Assembly: GCA_026023565.1 (NCBI GenBank)
Contig: JAPETS010000001.1
Location: forward strand, 1,364,001 to 1,428,000
DNA length: 64,000 bases
Reading direction: 5' to 3'
Origin: Cirrosporium novae-zelandiae
Taxonomy: Eukaryota
In this document: piece after piece, positions 61,129-64,000 of the stretch
How the letters are laid out: the number at the start of each line of letters is the position of its first letter
How positions within the stretch are numbered: the stretch's first letter is position 1
The notes under the pieces: model-generated
The model's database searches: none
What the model was told of the DNA's origin: nothing
Seen by the model: the letters and a program-made list of their open reading frames with translations, nothing else
Position numbers and translations under genes: made by a program

Positions 61129-64000
61129 AATGATGATAATTATTCATTGTTTTATATCTATATACCGTTTAGAAGCTATAACGGACTCTACTCGGGGGTT
61201 TTTAGACCTTTTCGTATCCTTTTTCGGGCTTACTTTTAGTTAAAGTGGTAGGGATCACCCCCCTAGTTCGGCTATATAATTTCCCCCTCTCTTTGGGTTT
61301 CCTAGAATTATTTGATTTATTTAACCGGATAGTTTTTTAGCGCTATTTCGGTGTTCGTAACCTATAAATAGGCCTATTCGCACTTATTTTCGATTTTTTC
61401 AGTCTTTACTCACGTATATATTTATCCCACGTATCTATTACGGGCCTAGTTTTTATTTAATATCTATATTTGGGTTCTCCTCCCCTTTATATCCGGGTTT
61501 TATTTACCTTTAATCCAGGTACGTCTCACGATTTTCCGTTTCGTATTTGGTTTAGGACTGGGGTTTCCCTATTTCCGTATCGTTTAAAAAACGTATCTAA
61601 TTTTTAAAAAATCTTCGGTTTTTTAATACGAATATTAATTTTTTTTTTTCGATTATATTAAATTATTAATTTTTTTATTTTTTTATTATTTCCCGTAATC
61701 GGGTTTTAGCCGTTCTTTAACGCGGGTATATTAATATTAAATAGAGAATATTTTAATACGGGGTTTTATATTATTAATATTCCGGGATAATAATAATTTT
61801 CGTATAATATATATATTCTTTAATAACGGTATATTCCGTTTTTATTTAATAAAATTTATTTATTAATTTTTTAAACGCGTATTTTAATATCCAATTTTTT
61901 TTATATTTCGAATATATTTAATACGATTTATTAGGCGATTTTTTTATTTTTTAATTACGTAATTAATTATACGTTTTTATAATCCGTTTTTCCGTTATAT
62001 TACGGGTTATATAAATTAACGAAATTTATTCGATTATTTTATTATTTTTTAATATCGCGTTTATTTTAATTATTTAATCTGCTGTTTCGTTCTTTAATAT
62101 TCTGTAATATTCTGGGATTTATTTAATAATAATTTTCGTCTTTTAATCGACCAAATATTTGGTATATTCGTATATTTTTTATACGATTATTCAGTTTTTT
62201 TTTAATTTTTTTTTTTCGATCCGTTTAATAGCCGTTTGCGAATCAAATAATACTATTATTTTTTTTCCGGGGGTTTTATAGTTATTTGGGTACGTTTTAG
62301 CCGCTATTTATAGGGCTATTTGCGCCCCCTAAAATTCTGCGTCGAATATTTCCTTATTTTAATTTAGATAGTATTTCCGTATCGTTTATAAAATTTTTTC
62401 GGCTGTTTTTTAGATTATTCCCGTTTCTATTTTACGGTTGTTTAATTTAAATCTATCCAATTAATATACGTTTTTCTAATTTTATTTTAACGTTTCGCTA
62501 AAAATCTATTATTCTAAAAATATTATTATTTTTTTAAAAATCTATTTTTTTCAGTTATTTAGATTTTTTCGATTTTAAAATTCGGATTTATTATTTTTTA
62601 AATTATTATTATAATTAAATATTAATTTAATATATTTTTTTTAATTTTTTAAATTTTTTAAAAATTTTTTAATAATTATTTTTTTAATTAAATATTTACG
62701 TTTTTTATTTTAAACGTTATCGATAATATTAAATTTATTAAATTTTTTTCGATTTTTTAAAAATACCGAAATCTATATTTTTTTACGTAATATTTAATAT
62801 TACGTCTGCGGAATATATATAGATTTTCTATATAACCGCTATTATTAGGGTTATTTTATAAACCCCTATTACTAATTTTGCAAACCTATTTAGTAATTTT
62901 TGAAATTCTATTTGGTACCCGACCTGCCCTTTTTATTAGCTCTCGCACCCGTATATATAGATTGATACTATCGTCGCTACGGCTATCTGGCGCGTAAACC
63001 CCGTAAATAGCCCGTTTCGGTGGTATATATATTTAATTACGTTTTCCACGCGTTTAATTTTAATTAAACGTTAAACGTAATAGATTTAGAAATTAAATTT
63101 CGGGTTTAGTTCTATATTTAATTACCGTATATAATTTTTTTTATATTTAATCGAATAATTATCGATCCTAATTTTCAGTTTCGTATTTATTTAAATTTAG
63201 TATTTACGTAGTCTAAAAAACGTTATAATTTTAATTTTTTAAACGTCGAATTTTAGTCTATTTTTTTTTTTTATTGAACCGTTGTTTTCGTTATTTATTA
63301 AATAGTTTTCCGGGCTTATTTATTATTTATATAAATGGTCGAAAAATTCACGTCGTCCACGAATAATAGAATTTTGATTCTAAAAACCGTTTATTTTACG
63401 GCTGCGAATAGCCCGCTGCAATATATTAAAAATAATATTAGGGATACGAATAATTTTTATAATACCTCTATTTTTATATTAATTCGGGATTATATTTTTC
63501 TATCGATTATTAATTCGATATTTCGTTAAATTATAAAATTAATTATTTATTTAATAATATTTTTATCGATTTTTAATTATTTTAAACGTTATATTAATTT
63601 AAATTATAATATATAATTAAACGTTTTTTTTATATTTATAAATAAAATATAAATTATTTATTTTTAATTAAATCTTTTTTTTATTCGATATATTAAATAT
63701 ATAAACGTATCGATTACATTCCGGTTACGTTTCGATCTAAATTAGTTTTTATATAATTTATTTAGATTTTCGTATATATCCGTTAACGCGTTAATTATAA
63801 TTTTTTCGATTATTTTATTTAAATAATATAATAAATTTATTATTTTATAATTTTTAATTAATATTTTATCGGTTTTTCCGGGTTTAAATAATAATATTTT
63901 TTAAATATATTTTTACTGCGTCGGATAATATTTTAATTGGAAATAATATCGGATTATTTCCGTTATTTTATAAAAATTCTATTATTATAATATACGGAAT
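61129..64000 (-). mobile_element. LINE copy E (3' end at 61129, runs off the window)
   Basis: (ATG)n tail at 61129. On the minus strand it reads DSQTAIKRI (~62218-62246), EIFDAEF*GAQIAL (~62311-62352) and LFVDDV (~63348-63366). Confidence 0.88.

Larger units (their letters stand above)
43000..64000. repeat. RIP-mutated AT-rich transposon block (heterochromatic or possibly centromeric), continuing past the window end
   Basis: Abrupt switch to near-pure A/T sequence with no credible genes. Repeat copies differ almost only by C>T/G>A. Confidence 0.92.

Noticed and set aside
44097..63529. Short ORFs in the AT-rich block (44097, 44719, 50786, 60601, 63335)
   Set aside because: They are I/K/F/N/Y-rich chance frames in RIP-mutated transposon DNA. 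Several are antisense to LINE ORF2.
43000..64000. Mitochondrial insertion (NUMT) or AT-rich contaminant
   Set aside because: No mitochondrial genes or tRNAs were seen. The sequence resolves into LINE/LTR copies related by transitions.
1..64000. CRISPR arrays, tRNA, rRNA and telomeric repeats
   Set aside because: None was recognisable by eye. A covariance-model scan would be needed to exclude small ncRNAs.

Overview
Eukaryotic genomic DNA from a filamentous ascomycete (Pezizomycotina-type short GT..CTRAC..YAG introns). It has two sharply separated compartments. (1) About 1-42.6 kb is gene-dense: SLD7-like (5' partial), a FAR1/MULE-type zinc-finger polyQ protein, an atypical SDR, MED6, ABZ1, VPS55, PRE5, LOG, CLPTM1-like, CYC2-like, an APC/LAT amino-acid permease, TDA3-like oxidoreductase, SNRNP27, ELP5, ITT1, CAX4, SEC22, CWH41, LYS4 and SER1. 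It also holds a secretory lipase pseudogene destroyed by C>T/G>A transitions. (2) About 43-64 kb is a gene-free, extremely AT-rich block shaped by RIP (repeat-induced point mutation). By eye it resolves into two 315-bp solo LTRs, each with its own 5-bp TSD, and many nested copies of one ~6.4-kb Tad1-like LINE family. That family has ORF1 zinc knuckles, RT with FVDD, RNase H and a (CAT)n tail. The block is a candidate centromeric or heterochromatic domain. Gene identities come from recognised motifs, not database searches. Exon borders and transposon junctions were placed by eye.
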